Source of the DNA: Diadema antillarum
Lineage: Eukaryota
DNA length: 64,000 nt
NCBI RefSeq assembly: GCF_040938485.1
Contig: NW_027270982.1
Span: 3,162,001-3,226,000, forward strand
Reading direction: 5' to 3'
A model generated the notes under the pieces. That model was not told where the DNA came from. It worked only from the letters and a program-made list of their open reading frames with translations, and searched no databases. Below are positions 1 to 13,038 of this stretch, piece by piece. The position numbers and the translations under genes were made by a program. How positions within the stretch are numbered: position 1 is the first letter of the stretch; every line of letters begins with the position of its first letter.

Positions 1-401
1 GAAGTTTTAAGTACTCTTCAGGTTCAGGAGTTGTCAGCTTTTTAGCTTCTACAAATCATGTATCCAGCAGGAGGATTGACTACACCCACATCATGTCCTT
101 GCAGTTCAATGACCAATGATCTTATCAGTGCACTGGGAAGGAGAAGTTTGTGACACATTTTATTGTCAGTTTACTAAACATGTTGATATCACCTTCATGC
201 TCTCAAATGGCATATCATAGGTGCTGTGCTCATTAGAGTACAAGAGATTTTGAGTAGATGGTTGATATCACGTCATTTTAACCCTATCTGTGCCAGGGAC
301 TTTGGACAGTGTGTAGAATGCTATGGGCTTTTCTGGCCAATCAGCACTCGAAAGCACACAAAGGATTAATTGGCATGTGTTGCACAACGAAACCAACTTA
401 C

Positions 402-856
402 AGTCATTACTTTTAGACAACTGGTATGGCTCCATGCACAAAAGATTTTTGTTATTTTATGGTTGTGCTTTGTGCTCTTTTTGAAACATGATATATGTAA
501 AAGAGTGGTTGTACTATATGACTGACATAGTATTGGACATGCAATGTTCCAGGGTAGCAGACAGAGTTTTGAAACATTAGGAAGTATGCGTGTATGCAAC
601 CTGATAAATCAGAAACTTATTCATTTTGTAAGTATGATGATGACTATGAATAAAGTATGAATACATGTGCTTGCTCTTAATGAACAGATTATTTAAAACC
701 TAAACTCAGTGTTGTGTGTTCTTTACGTTAGCATCAAAATTCATCTGTTTATATCTGTCGCTCAGTACACTGTCGATCTGATACAAACACATCATATTTT
801 AATCAGCATTTTAAATACTAATAGATGGAATTCACTTACAGATTCATGACCAGCAT
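402..856 (-). CDS. Candidate 5' coding exons (856-840 and 600-402) of a gene running off the left edge; presequence-like
   Basis: ATG at 856, donor GTAAGT at 839 (phase 2), acceptor tttatcAG at 601, donor GTAAGT at 401. The joined frame is open, 72 aa with no Asp or Glu. No recognised domain. Confidence 0.3.
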
Positions 857-3574
857 TTTGTCAAACTGTTCTTACCATTTTACATTATGAACATATCTTC
901 CATGAACCAACCATATGTTAGTTTGTAATAGTTTGGGAAAGAGATATTATTTATACTGTGTTCCTTATACCGGGTAGTCTCTTCAGTACATTAAAAAGAG
1001 TTGCTTTGGAAGAGAGCTCTGTATTACATATACATGAAACATTGAAATATTACATTCCATAACAATACAGTACAAAGGTAAGAATATAGAACATACATTA
1101 CACATTCATAAAACATGAATAAAGAACTTCTGGAATATACATTAAAACCGGTTAAACCATCACAGAGGGTTGTAGGATCAATTATTGTTTGTGATCCATT
1201 CATTACCTTTATCTCCCACACATATCCCTAGGATAATAACCGATACAGCAAAGTATATTGTGTCAAAAGGAGGATTTAAAAAAAAAGTTGACGGCGAGAT
1301 CAAGTTTAAAAAGCAAAGCTTAGACACTTACACTGTTTCTTGGAATATTCAAATGATATACAAGTTTGAACATGAATAGGTAGTCTTTCAAAATGCAATG
1401 TGTCTTGATCAGAAAATGCAAACCTCATGTTATTTTGTATGTGTCAAAAGCAGGGCATAGGTGTCAAAAGCAGGGAGCCAATTGGGTAAAGAGGGGAATT
1501 AAAGCAATGAAATATTAATGAGCAAACACAAAGGGATGGCATTGTAAGGCTAGTGATGATTCTTAAACTCGAGGATGGGCAACCTGCAGTAAACCTGTGG
1601 TAAACATGTGGTAAACCTGTGGTATCATACACTTCATATGCCTGTGGTCGATATAAGTGTATGTGTACTTTTCATTTTTGTCATCTTGACTCTAACTAAG
1701 ATTCTTCTGGAATCGAAACCGCAATTCCTTTTTGGCGCAATTTTACTCCACTGGCTAGCTATGAGTAGTTTCAGCAGCCCCCCCCCCCCTGCATTTTAAC
1801 TGTCTTTCTCTTACCCTCGGCTCTCCCACTGCCAGTCTCGCTACCATCTCTTCCAAGGAGGCACTAGGCGTACCTCCTTATCTCTTCCCTCTAGTAGTCC
1901 TCTATTCCCTATATTATCATCTCGTTTCTCTTGCCCAATAACTTCTATGACTTTCTGCTGTAAGAATATGATACATCAAGAAAGATAGGCGTGATAGATC
2001 TGGATTTAAGCTTCACTACATGAAGGCAAAGCAGTTGACGAGATATTCTGACAAATCATAGCCGTTAAGCCTACCAGGCACTTATACAGCGTCGCTTGTC
2101 AAGATTTTTATCAGCATTCAGTCATTTGTAGAAAAGTGACCTGGAAAGATTTACCGCACTCAGATGATAGAGTAGCACAGGGGCAAATGAAAGTTTTGTG
2201 CAACTTTAAGTCCCGCAACCAGTTATGTTAATTAACCAGTATGATAGTTGTAGGGTTCGCAAGCCCACTCAGGCGTCGCAATGTGCCTCAGTTCATCAGG
2301 AACGCCACGATAGACACAAAAGGGGTTGGGAGGATTAGGTAATCTCTATTATTGACAATAGTCAATTATAGACATCCGCGCCAATCAGCGAAGAAAGTGC
2401 TCCTGCGAGCTCGCCAGTCTGCGAGCAAAGTCCAGCATAGTATAATTGGGATGATGGCCACTCCCCCACCTCCCTCCCCGAGTTCTTTAGGTGTTGGATT
2501 GTTGCCGTGTGTTTTGTCGATCTTTAAGTGCTGAGCGGAGCGCGATTTGAATCTCATTTATATAATAGTCGCGATTATTTTGTCCACATATATATGTATA
2601 TATAAAACCCGGTTTTTGCTTCAAGACTTAAATTGCGACCAATGTTTAATAATCACTACCATTAGTGGCTGTGTGAATGTACGACTAAGTAGTCGAACTG
2701 GACTTCCCGCGCCAACTTTGAAACACGTAGATGTATTAAGTGTCTAGTGCTATGGATTGTTTGGATGTGGGAAACTTGCAGGCTCGTGCCATTGCACCTA
2801 GGGCATAAAGCCACTCCAGGTTTCATATGCAAGTTCGCCCCCATAAAGGTATCATAGAGTAAACTCAAGTAGGTAGAGATGTTTTATCGAAATGTGGAAG
2901 AAATATAAAAGAGAATGTTATTGAATTTCGTAAGGCTCACATACATGTTTTCACGAAACGTTACGATCAAGGACAATCACATACATGTATATCAGTTTGA
3001 AACTGGATGGATTGGTTCATCGCTGCACCTTTTTTCCATTAACGATGGAAAAACCTTATAAACCTCTCTAACCTTATGAAGATATCGTATGTACGTCACC
3101 GTTTTTTAGACGATGATATGAAAGTATGCAAAAGAATGTCATTTATACTTTACAATGACAATGGTATCTTGTAAGAAAGCTGGCACCGCCTACAACCAAA
3201 CGATTTGATTCCTGTTCATGATTTGTAATAATTTGAATTATCTTATCTTTATATCAATCGCGATTTCCAGCTATTCGTCAACTGAACGACCCCACTATGT
3301 ACTCTTGAATAATTAAAGGAAATTCAAATATTATCTTCGCATTTCTCATCACCAAATGGTAAGTTTGGAACCGGTTCGTTTGAGTGCGTGACGTGTACTG
3401 GTAATTGTGCAGCCAACTTTCATTCTTTTTCCTTGTAATTCGTTCAGGGCGTGCCAATAATATGACTGCCACCAATGAAGGGCTCTTGTTGCCACTTTAA
3501 AGAGGTGATACAGTATTGGTTGAGATGAGGATTCAGCTTTTAACATTTTGCACGATACTTAGAAAACACTTCAT

Positions 3575-3770
3575 GAAAAAATCATATAATGTTAAAGAGC
3601 ACACAATTCTAAGAGGAATTCAATGTTTATTTGGTGAAAGTCGGTTTTCAAATGGCTGATATATCCAAAAACACCGTAAAACAAAGCGGTCAGTATTAGA
3701 AGCGATCACTCTTTCATATTTTCGTAAGAGGTTTCTCATTCGGAGAATCAAAAGTGTATACGATCCCTTA
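3575..3770. mobile_element. Partial family B MITE
   Basis: aaagagcacacaattctaagaggaattcaatgtttatttg...aaatggctga.atatccaaaa matches the family B interior; ends atccct-taaa. Confidence 0.55.
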
Positions 3771-5084
3771 AAGTGCAGCGAATTATATTTACTGAGCGTA
3801 CGATTCCACACCCCATTCAGATTGACTTTGATAAAGATCGAGAGTAAATCAGATATCCAGCTAGATTGGTAGAATTTTCATCAATTCAATGGAGAATGAA
3901 ATTGAGTGAAGCGTTGCATACACTGGGAGACTAACAGCTGATCACCTCTTAAAATCAGTTTTACGGTGGTTGCGACTAATGTCTTGCTGATTTGTGGAAA
4001 TTTGGAAAATATAGAAATTTCATGGTTATCTTATTTTCAGTCTAATTTTCGATGAAACCTTGACAGTTTCGTTTGTCCGATTTCACTCCTCGTTAAAGCG
4101 AAGTGAGCATTGTGCTAAGTCGTACGTAAGTCATTTTGATTTCCTGAACGTACACGTCGGTATTATAGCATGCCCAGATCGAATGACGCATCACGTAATT
4201 GAGGACATTCGCCAAGCCTGCATTTCAAAAGTGAAATAAATAGCTGGGTATCAAATGAGACCACTACATTGTTTGCAGTTATGTATATCTCCCATCAAAA
4301 CGTGATTCAATTCTGCAATAAGTAGAACGCAGACCACAGAATTATAGTGCACATTAAATTGAATGAGCAAATCATCGACAGCGCTAGATAACCAGCAGAG
4401 GAAACAAAAACCCAGCTATAGTGCTTCGAAATAGTGCTCGTATTAACATAGTGACGTCAACAATGATTACTGTCGACGTCAGACCCATCTGATTGACTAG
4501 GAATGAGATAGGGACATTTGAACAAATTCTGGTCTGCCTGCAGTGCGCGAAGGCTGCCGGCCACGTAACAATGTGCATCAAACATTGCGTCTTGCGGATG
4601 TTTCTTCAACGTTGCCGTTTGGTATATGATGTCAATTACTTCTTATCACTATCTTATTGCTTTCCTTTGTCGGTGTGTTTGTTTTACACAGAAACATTGT
4701 CATCACGCATGTGTCATGATAATCGTTAATATAAGTGTTTTCTCAGACAACGTCAGTTAGTGTAAGAACCCAAAGCAAACCTGACTGACTCCAAACTACA
4801 TTATATCACAATATTGTATTTTTGATACTTTGTTCAATATCGAAATTAGTATTGGTAGGCCCTATATTTACGCGTAATTCAGCTATATCAAGTCTACTTA
4901 ATTCATTCACGTTCAAAGAAAATGTGTTTGATAACATGTCAAAAAAAAACCAACAGCAACAACTTGTAAAAATGTAAAAATCATGTACTTCAACTGTATT
5001 ACGTACCGACTGTATATATAGATGAACTCAATGTCTAACAAATAAACTGCTCATGAACCTTTCACATTTTCATTTTTCATTTTC

Positions 5085-5346
5085 AGCGTTTTTACATTTC
5101 CTGGCAAAACTGAACGTTTTACATTTCCCGGCGAGACGTCTTTTACATTCCCGTTGGTGCAATTTTCGAGATTTTTACATATCCCGGCGTTCTTACAAAT
5201 CCTGACAAGACGTTTCTACAAATCCCGATGAGACGTTTTCAAATCCCTGCAAGATGTTTTTACAATTCCCAGCGGTGTTACAAATCCCGGCGAGACGTGT
5301 CTACAAATCCCTGCGTTGTTACAAATATCGGCTCCACAAGGGCCTG
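5085..5346. repeat. Degenerate ~16-24 bp tandem array ending in a CAGG-type terminus
   Basis: About 11 units of ttac(a)aatccc(gg)cgagacg-like sequence, closing with ccacaagggcctg (reverse complement CAGGCCCTTGTGG). Confidence 0.7.
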
Positions 5347-7489
5347 TATAGTTTTTCCCGGCCAAGTTTGTCATTCATTTTCATATTTTGCGCATTCAAA
5401 TTCGTATGTTTATTGGTCAAACGATTTAACGTTTAATGCTTTCGGATCCATTTTTAGGCACCCAAATTAATGGTCACAAGTTCAAATTCGGATGTAAGCA
5501 TTCGTGTTTGGGCATGGATTTCCAAGTTTGTGCACGATGGGCTCGATAAGCACTTGAAAGCACTTTCAATTTCGTTTTTGAGCAAACGAATTTCACAATT
5601 GAGCATTCAATTTTGTAATGCTATTATTGAATGAGACTTTTACTTTTTATCTTGAATTTCATCATCACGAGGGTTATTTGTTCATTTGAACATCCATATC
5701 TTTTATTTTGCTAAACATGTTATGTAAACTTCAATACAAACTCTTACTTTCGTCATGTCATAGAATGGCACATTCTTTATCTCTATGAAATGACATCTTT
5801 TTTTTTTACTAAGATAATCATAAATTATTGTTTTACAATTTTCATTTGACATATCTATCATAATTGTGATCGATACTGCTTTGTGATCTTCATTTTACAT
5901 ACTGATTTGCATCATTGTGTGATTCACAAGTCATTAACATTTAATTTAAAACGCAGTACAAATATTGTACGTTTTAATGGATATCATACAGGTTTAATAT
6001 GAATGATACTTCTATGAACTTGTTTGCCCATCTGCGACAGAATGCTCGGAAGGAGAGCTGGCGACAGGTAGATCGAGACGCCGAGTTGAATAACCATTGC
6101 CGAAAATGTATGCCCATTCCATGAATCAGGGAAATGCGCTGATTCGCAATCGGTTGTCAAATTATAGTCAATTTGAACGAAGAAAAAGGTTTTTTATTGA
6201 CAGTATCTCGATGCCTGAGCAAATTTGACGAAAATGAATGCTCCTGATATGAAATTGAGGGACAAAACAATGAAATTGGCCGTGAAAACCTATATTACCA
6301 GAGCGTGTGTTTGTCTGTTGTTATCTGCTGTTTGATGTGGGTTTACCTATGTAGGTTGCGCGGGAAGAGTGCGATTGAGATCGCGTGTGGGGTATAAGAT
6401 AACTTTGCAAGAAGAGTTGCCCCCGCATCTGAAGGTGGGTCATTTTCAAGCATTAAATAAACTTTCTACAACTTTTGAGGACGGAAATTACTTTCAAACG
6501 AGAGTTATGTTTAATTATTTCATCTAAATGGAAATCATGCGTCCCATGGAAATTGTCTCGCCAATGCTGACGTTCAGTTGATTTTCAAGGTGGTCACTGT
6601 ATAATACCAGAGCTTCAATTCTCACGATCGTTAATCCACTTTACCGCGCAGTATTAAATAGGCACAAGGCATGGCTCCCGGCATTTCGAGATTCTGGTAA
6701 GCATTACTTCACTGAGCAGAGAAGTGGGATTTACTTCTTCTCACAATAATTTGGGGAAAAAAATCGGTGTACTAGTACCCACGTACTGCGGTCACGGGGT
6801 CAAATTTTCTTGCTGTACTGTAAATCCACCATGCATTGCTGGTAACGAAACTCTGCCAGCTGAGGCACCGTGCATGCGTATTGGTACCTGCATATTTATG
6901 GACGTAAGCCTCACCGAAGAGGAAAAGTTGACATAGGGCTTGTGTGTATGCGATGGGTATAATTGTAGACCACGAATATAAAAAATTAGACTGTGCTGTA
7001 TTTTGACAGAGCCACGACTCACATGCTAAATGGCACACCAAGAACTACCACACCGTGCATGAGATGAACAGTACACGATCACGAGACGACACATACCAGA
7101 AAGTGAGTAAGTGATGTGTATTATTATTACGTTGTCGTGTTCCCTTGCCGCTCAACAACCCGCTTCTATTTCATGCATATGGACAACTGTGAGAAGTGAA
7201 GTGCGGATGCGTTGCAGACACACCGTCCAGCCAGGAAGGCTCCATAATAAACTCCCTGACATCCATTTCGGGTTGTAAGCGTGTACATGATGACTTCTGC
7301 ATGCCTACGAATCATAGGGGTCTTCATATCACAAATTCAGGAATATGAAAATATTAATTATGTATAAAATGTTTGTAAATTCGGAAAGACTTCCTTATTA
7401 CGCCCTCACTTTAACAACTTCAACTTTAACACCATCCTTAAAAAACACAATTTCTTGCCTTTCAGTATAGTCTGGTGATAGGCATAACA

Positions 7490-8150
7490 ATAATTATACA
7501 AAATGTACTTGTGCATGCAAATATGTAACAATATGCTTGTTAACTCAACGTATGTGTTTGATTTGGAATATCCTGATCCTGTATATTATGTGGCCGAATG
7601 AATAACTAAATACGTGCCATATACTTTATGGTATTTTTTAATTATTTTTCATCATATATTTCTTGGACACGTTCACAGACACACACGCACCCACACACTC
7701 ACAAACCCTTCCAACCCAAGATTCTGCAAGTGCCATCATCTGTAAATTACTAAATATTATTAGAAAAATACAAAGTACATTCCTCTAGAGACTGAACAAA
7801 ACTTGTACAATATGTTCCATGTTACTGATAATCAAGACATTAGGGAAACATGTAAATTATGCCCAGTCTAGGGAAGGGTGCTGCCAATGTCTTTTGTTAA
7901 TCATATCAGTACTGAACCATGCAGTGACTGACGGATGATGTCACTGACAGTATCTTGGTTTGTTTGGAAGGGTTTTGTGTGTGTGTATGTGTGTATGTGG
8001 GCCTATCCAAGTATCTGAAGAAAATTAGTAGAAAATTACCATAAACTATATGTCACGTATTTAATTTGACCAAACAATTTAAGTGATGATCAAGCTTGGT
8101 GTTAACACATCAACACAAGTCAACATGTATTTGCATTGCATATAATTATG
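7490..8150. mobile_element. Old degenerate fold-back element
   Basis: Arms pair in reverse complement, e.g. taaatacgtgccatatactttatggta / taccataaactatatgtcacgtattta and cacaaacccttccaacccaagat / atcttggtttgtttggaagggttttgtg. Spacer about 190 bp. Confidence 0.6.
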
Positions 8151-9328
8151 ATTTTATATTGCCCCTTTATTAAGAGTATAGGCCCTACCTTGGGCCATCT
8201 TTAGAAGTTATCTCGACCAGCTAGACGAGAGATGTAAGACTACACAGAACTGTTCTCGCAATCTGTGCAACTAAATTTATGCCAACATGTGTTACCATAT
8301 AAGTGGAGATCCGAAACGGTATTTTTAACCCTTCATGTATGATGTAGATGTATAATAGCCTCTTGAACAGAGACGTACGTGCTATAAGGAAGCCGTGCTG
8401 ACTCTCTCAAGCAGAAGGCCGGTTCGCAAATGGAGAAAAGTCCTTCAAGACAGTGTATTGACAATTTACTCAGATTACTTTTTCCTATGATAACATGTCA
8501 GTGCTTGGGACTCAGTTTGAGTGCATCATAGTATTTCGGGCAAGCCCCGCGCAAGCTATCATGGGCTTATCAAGATCAACCTCTGCTGTTTAGGAGTATG
8601 CATAAGGTTTGAATATTATGATAAATCAGTATGTCGCTCAGCTGCAATAGCATTGCTCAATGTATAGTTTTGGACAGAAACCTATCGCTGTATTCGCTGT
8701 ATTGTTAGATCCCTCGAGATGCTACAATGAAGATACGATGACGTAACAACCGCTTTCAACCCTCTTGCATTCATGAACGCGGCTATGATGTTATTGATCG
8801 AGAGCTGTGGAGCGTGTATCACAAAGCAATTTATCAGGCCAACTCGAATGTAGCGTTCTGCAGTCACCCTGAAAAGGTAGCCAGATCTGACTATGGGGCA
8901 GTAAAATCGCCATTTGTTCGGTATGTTAGCCTATGTTATGTTATGCTTTGTGATGCTATGTCATGACATTGTGATGTTGTGTTATGTTAGTTGTAGATGG
9001 TACGACAATTTCCTTTCAGGACAACCACCCAAAACTCCTCTACCTCTTACCCAAATGTGCGTGCGTATAAACTAGCAAGGGTAGGGCAGTGTATTATAAT
9101 TGGGCTGGCCGTCCCAAAAGGAACTCTTCCTCAGGGTACAACCGTCAAAGAAGACCAAACGCAGGGAAAATTGGCAAATTTAACACCTTTAACTGTCCTC
9201 GTACTATTTTCTACAACCATGACAGGGACCCGCGTCTACTGACGTACATGTGTCAACAAGGCAGCCAGATGTTCACGTAAACGAGTTTTAGATTTGGCAG
9301 TGCAAGCAGATAGTTCCTGTTAAATGCC

Positions 9329-9428
9329 ATGAGTCGAATGTCAGCCCAGCGTGTTACGTCCATTTTGCTCATTGTCATCACGTCTTCAGTTCTCATCTTC
9401 ACCTTCAAGAGCAGCAGCACCAGTGATC
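9329..9428 (+). CDS. Carbohydrate sulfotransferase (CHST8-14-like), coding exon 1: cytoplasmic tail and signal-anchor
   Basis: ATG at 9329 is the first in-frame ATG after a TAG at 9311. It reads MSRMSAQRVTSILLIVITSSVLIFTFKSSSTSD, a type II membrane anchor, and ends at a strong donor (c|GTAAGT, 9429) in phase 1. Too short to appear in the ORF track. Confidence 0.85.
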
Positions 9429-9518
9429 GTAAGTTGTTGACATCTACGTCATAAAGGGGGGGGGGGGGGGCGCCCGGTGCACCCCCGCCTGGATCTGCCA
9501 CTGGGGTAAAATAACATG

Positions 9519-9827
9519 CGGGGTCATCCCACTAGACCGACACCCACGAGTCATACAGCCCACGAGTTCGACATTGAAAACAGGTCCATGAGTCATACAG
9601 CTCACGAGTCATACAGCCCATGAGTTCGACACTAGGTAAAAACAGCCCACGAGTTCGACAGATCCAACACAGGGCTTAATGTGTAGGTCTTGTAGACCTT
9701 GTTAGCTTAGTGTCGAACTAATGGGCTGTATGACTCGTGAGCTGTATAACTCATGGGCTGTATGACTTGTGAGCTGTATGACTCATGGGCTGTATGACTC
9801 TAGGGTGTTGGTCTCGTGACTTGCACC
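9519..9827. mobile_element. Unclassified MITE with CGGGGTCATCCC terminus and 15-bp subterminal repeats, in sulfotransferase intron 1
   Basis: gagtcatacagccca repeats in direct array on the left, inverted (tgggctgtatgactc) on the right. Same terminus and repeats as 29600-30167. Confidence 0.65.
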
Positions 9828-10710
9828 TATAACATGCTTCATCTTTCCACGAGGACCACTTAGTTTCGTTCACACAAGGATAACATGCCCCCCCCCCCCT
9901 TTCTTTGATTCCCAGCTTCATTGTTATTGCTTTCTTTCTTCATGTTAATGCATACGATGGTTGATTTACTGGAATTATAAAATTTATGACAATCCTGTGA
10001 GGGCCTGGTTCTCAGTCGAACAAACGCAAAATGGTTTGCAAATAAGAAGAACGTTAGGTCCCTTTAAATGTCACAAATCTTGACTCGTTTGGTAGGTAGG
10101 CATCCATTGGTCAATTTAAGTAAATGCGACATCAAACAGAAAGCGTTGGGTCGCTGTTGTATACCATACATGAAACACCAGGCAGCTTTTGTATAATACA
10201 AGATTCTCTCCTTGGCTCTTCCCAATACAAAAAAATGACGTAAATTGCCTGTTATCTTTTCGACTCCTGGCATAATTACGCCTGGCAAGACAGAATGTAA
10301 CCATCACCCAGGTCCTACTTACTGTACACTGTAAGTCTGATGATTAGTATGAAGCTACACGTATAGTGGCTTCATGATTATGCTGTTGTAAGTGCAGGCA
10401 GTAATAATAAGTTCAGCAACAGTGTTACATGAGGATGATGTCACAATCAACATTAGCGGTGGCCAGGGACCACTGAAACACCCACCATGATTTCCAAAAG
10501 GCTATCTTTTGGTGGTCCGATCAGGATTGCTAAAATGGATTGCTACGTTTCCGTTTATTTCGGGCCACAAAGGTTTTAGTGGCCTGAACGGGTCACCAGA
10601 GAAATAAGTTAATATCGAGCCCATTTATATTCTTTATTGTTATTATCATCATCATTATTATTGTTATTATTATCATTATTATTGTTGTTGTTGTTCCTGT
10701 TTAAAAACAG

Positions 10711-10802
10711 AAGACCGTGGCAAGGAGCTTGTCGGCGCGCCGGATCGCCATGGAGATGAGGACCAGAGGAACCTAGGTCAAGAGGAGAAGGTGATGCAAC
10801 AG
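10711..10802 (+). CDS. Carbohydrate sulfotransferase, coding exon 2 (acidic stem)
   Basis: Acceptor aaacAG at 10710 and donor cag|GTGAGA at 10803. 92 nt, phase 1 in and phase 0 out, matching both neighbouring exons. Reads (Q)DRGKELVGAPDRHGDEDQRNLGQEEKVMQQ. Confidence 0.8.
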
Positions 10803-13038
10803 GTGAGAGGTTCATCATCATGATAAATCGCAACCGGCGTATGGGAATGACAAATTTGAGTCCAGTACTTATCGTAGCGGGAAATGACATGGTCACAATA
10901 AGGACACATTGAACTGATATTTGCAATGAACGTGTATTCGCGAATTTTCACGTGAATCAAAAGGGGGTTAACTCCATTGGATCTTTATGGCATTTACGTC
11001 CATTTGGCTCATACATGAAAATTTGATTGTACTGTTAAGTAATTAAATTATGATAAAGAAAACAAACACACAAAAAAGAAACAAATGGTGTCCAAATAAC
11101 AATACATAATTTCTTCCCCCAAACTACAGAAGACTGATTTACTAGTCTTGTGCCCCTTCCCTTCCTTCCCAAATTTACGAATGAAATTTGAGAGAAAATT
11201 GCTGAATTGAGAGAACATGAAAAATAAAAAGAGTATCTATTTACAGCAGGGAGGTGGGCCACCTCCCTGGTTACAAAATAGTGTGTGCATGGAGGTTTAA
11301 AGTCAACAGTCTGTTGATAAAACGCTTGACTTGTGACCTTGTATTATTGAGTTTAAACTTGATGGAAACACCCCGAGTGTCTCCTCACTCGACAGTGTTT
11401 TTCGCGGTGTCTGTTTCCATGCAAGAACCCGTCTGATATTCTATTTGTTTTCTGGTTTGATTCCTCATATTCTTCGTCTCAGCAGTATATATATATTTTT
11501 TATTTCGTTCGATCTGTCAAGAAATAAGGACCAATACGAATTGACTACAATTGACTAGGTCTATGTCAGGGTGTTCATCGGACTTGAACATGATGCCAGT
11601 TCTATTATATGCACCAAGAGTAAAGCGCCCAAAAAAAAAAAAAAAAAAAAAAACAGTGACAATGGGCGTGGATTGATCCTGGATAGACATGGCGCTTCAT
11701 TTTGGCAAGACTATCAAGTTCATAATTATCAGCTCGTATGTTTTATTTCTTTTTCTTTGAATTTTGAAATAGCCTTTTTGCCGTTGCCTGTGGTTGCAAA
11801 GTGGAAATCAATCAAAAACAACCTGTCACATCTTCTCAAAATAATTGTATAAAAGACCCGGATAAAAGACCAATTTACATCTGATGTATAGTGTATATCG
11901 GATGTGAGCGATACATATTCCCGTCCCCACCCCTAATAAGGTCTGTTTTCTGTTGATTTGGGACTCCATTCTGACGTGGTTGGTTAAAGTATAAAAGAGG
12001 GTACAGATGCGAGGGAGTTATTCTTTTTGCTTTCCCTATCAGAGTAAGCTTCAGACGAGGAACACCGTGCAATGAATTTCTTTACTTTTTTTTAATGAAA
12101 AACACTGACGCTTCTGTTGGCACGTCTACTTCTCATAATTCAGACCCATTTTTAGTCACTAACATTTGTAATTGACACGTTCAGCTTGCATCATTTACAT
12201 CAATTTGGCACCCTGAAAAACATGACCATACTCTTTTTTGATAGTCATCTAAAGGCCATGAGTTTAATTATGCTTTACTCCAGAGAAAGTGTCATGAAGT
12301 TTTATTGGAGGCAGCACTCACGATCATTTCATCTTGTCAAACTTTCACTCCATTTGAGCAGTTTTTGCGATGAATGGCCTCTTGTCCATACTTCCTTGCA
12401 ATGCATCATGCATGTCAAACTACATGTACATGTACCTGCATTGATAACGCTGGCTTTGAAAGACAAATGTAATTTGTCCACTTTTCTGCCTTTTCGCATG
12501 ACTCTGGATTTTATTCTTTCCTTTTTTTTAAATACAGCTCCAGTGGTGAAGTGACTCAGTAGAAGTAGATTTACATTACCGCAAGCGTTCTCCGGTAGCG
12601 GGGAGAGTCAATTGCAATGTGACAGCGACAAGCATTTTGAAGAGTTACAATACCTGTCAAACTTGAAAGGACCTGTTTTATTAGTGATCCATATCTAACC
12701 GCTCCATTACCACCGTAGTGATATTATCATGGAGGATGTCATGAGAGTTTTCCCCCTTGCATTAAATACAGCCATCACATAAATTGCCATTTAATGCGCA
12801 CGTTTATTATAGTGCACAGAAAACACATATTTAGCCACACTTCTCTGCGACCATCGCAATGAGCACTTCCAAAACGTGTTTCGACGGAAGAGATAATCAG
12901 AATTCATTCTTATCGAGCATCAACGGTACGGAATCTACTTCAGAGTCACTCCTTCTATATCATGTGATTTCCTCTAACTGTTTATATGCTTAAAGTCAGA
13001 CTTGGTAAATGGAGGCGCTAAAAGGATAAGAAAGGAAT

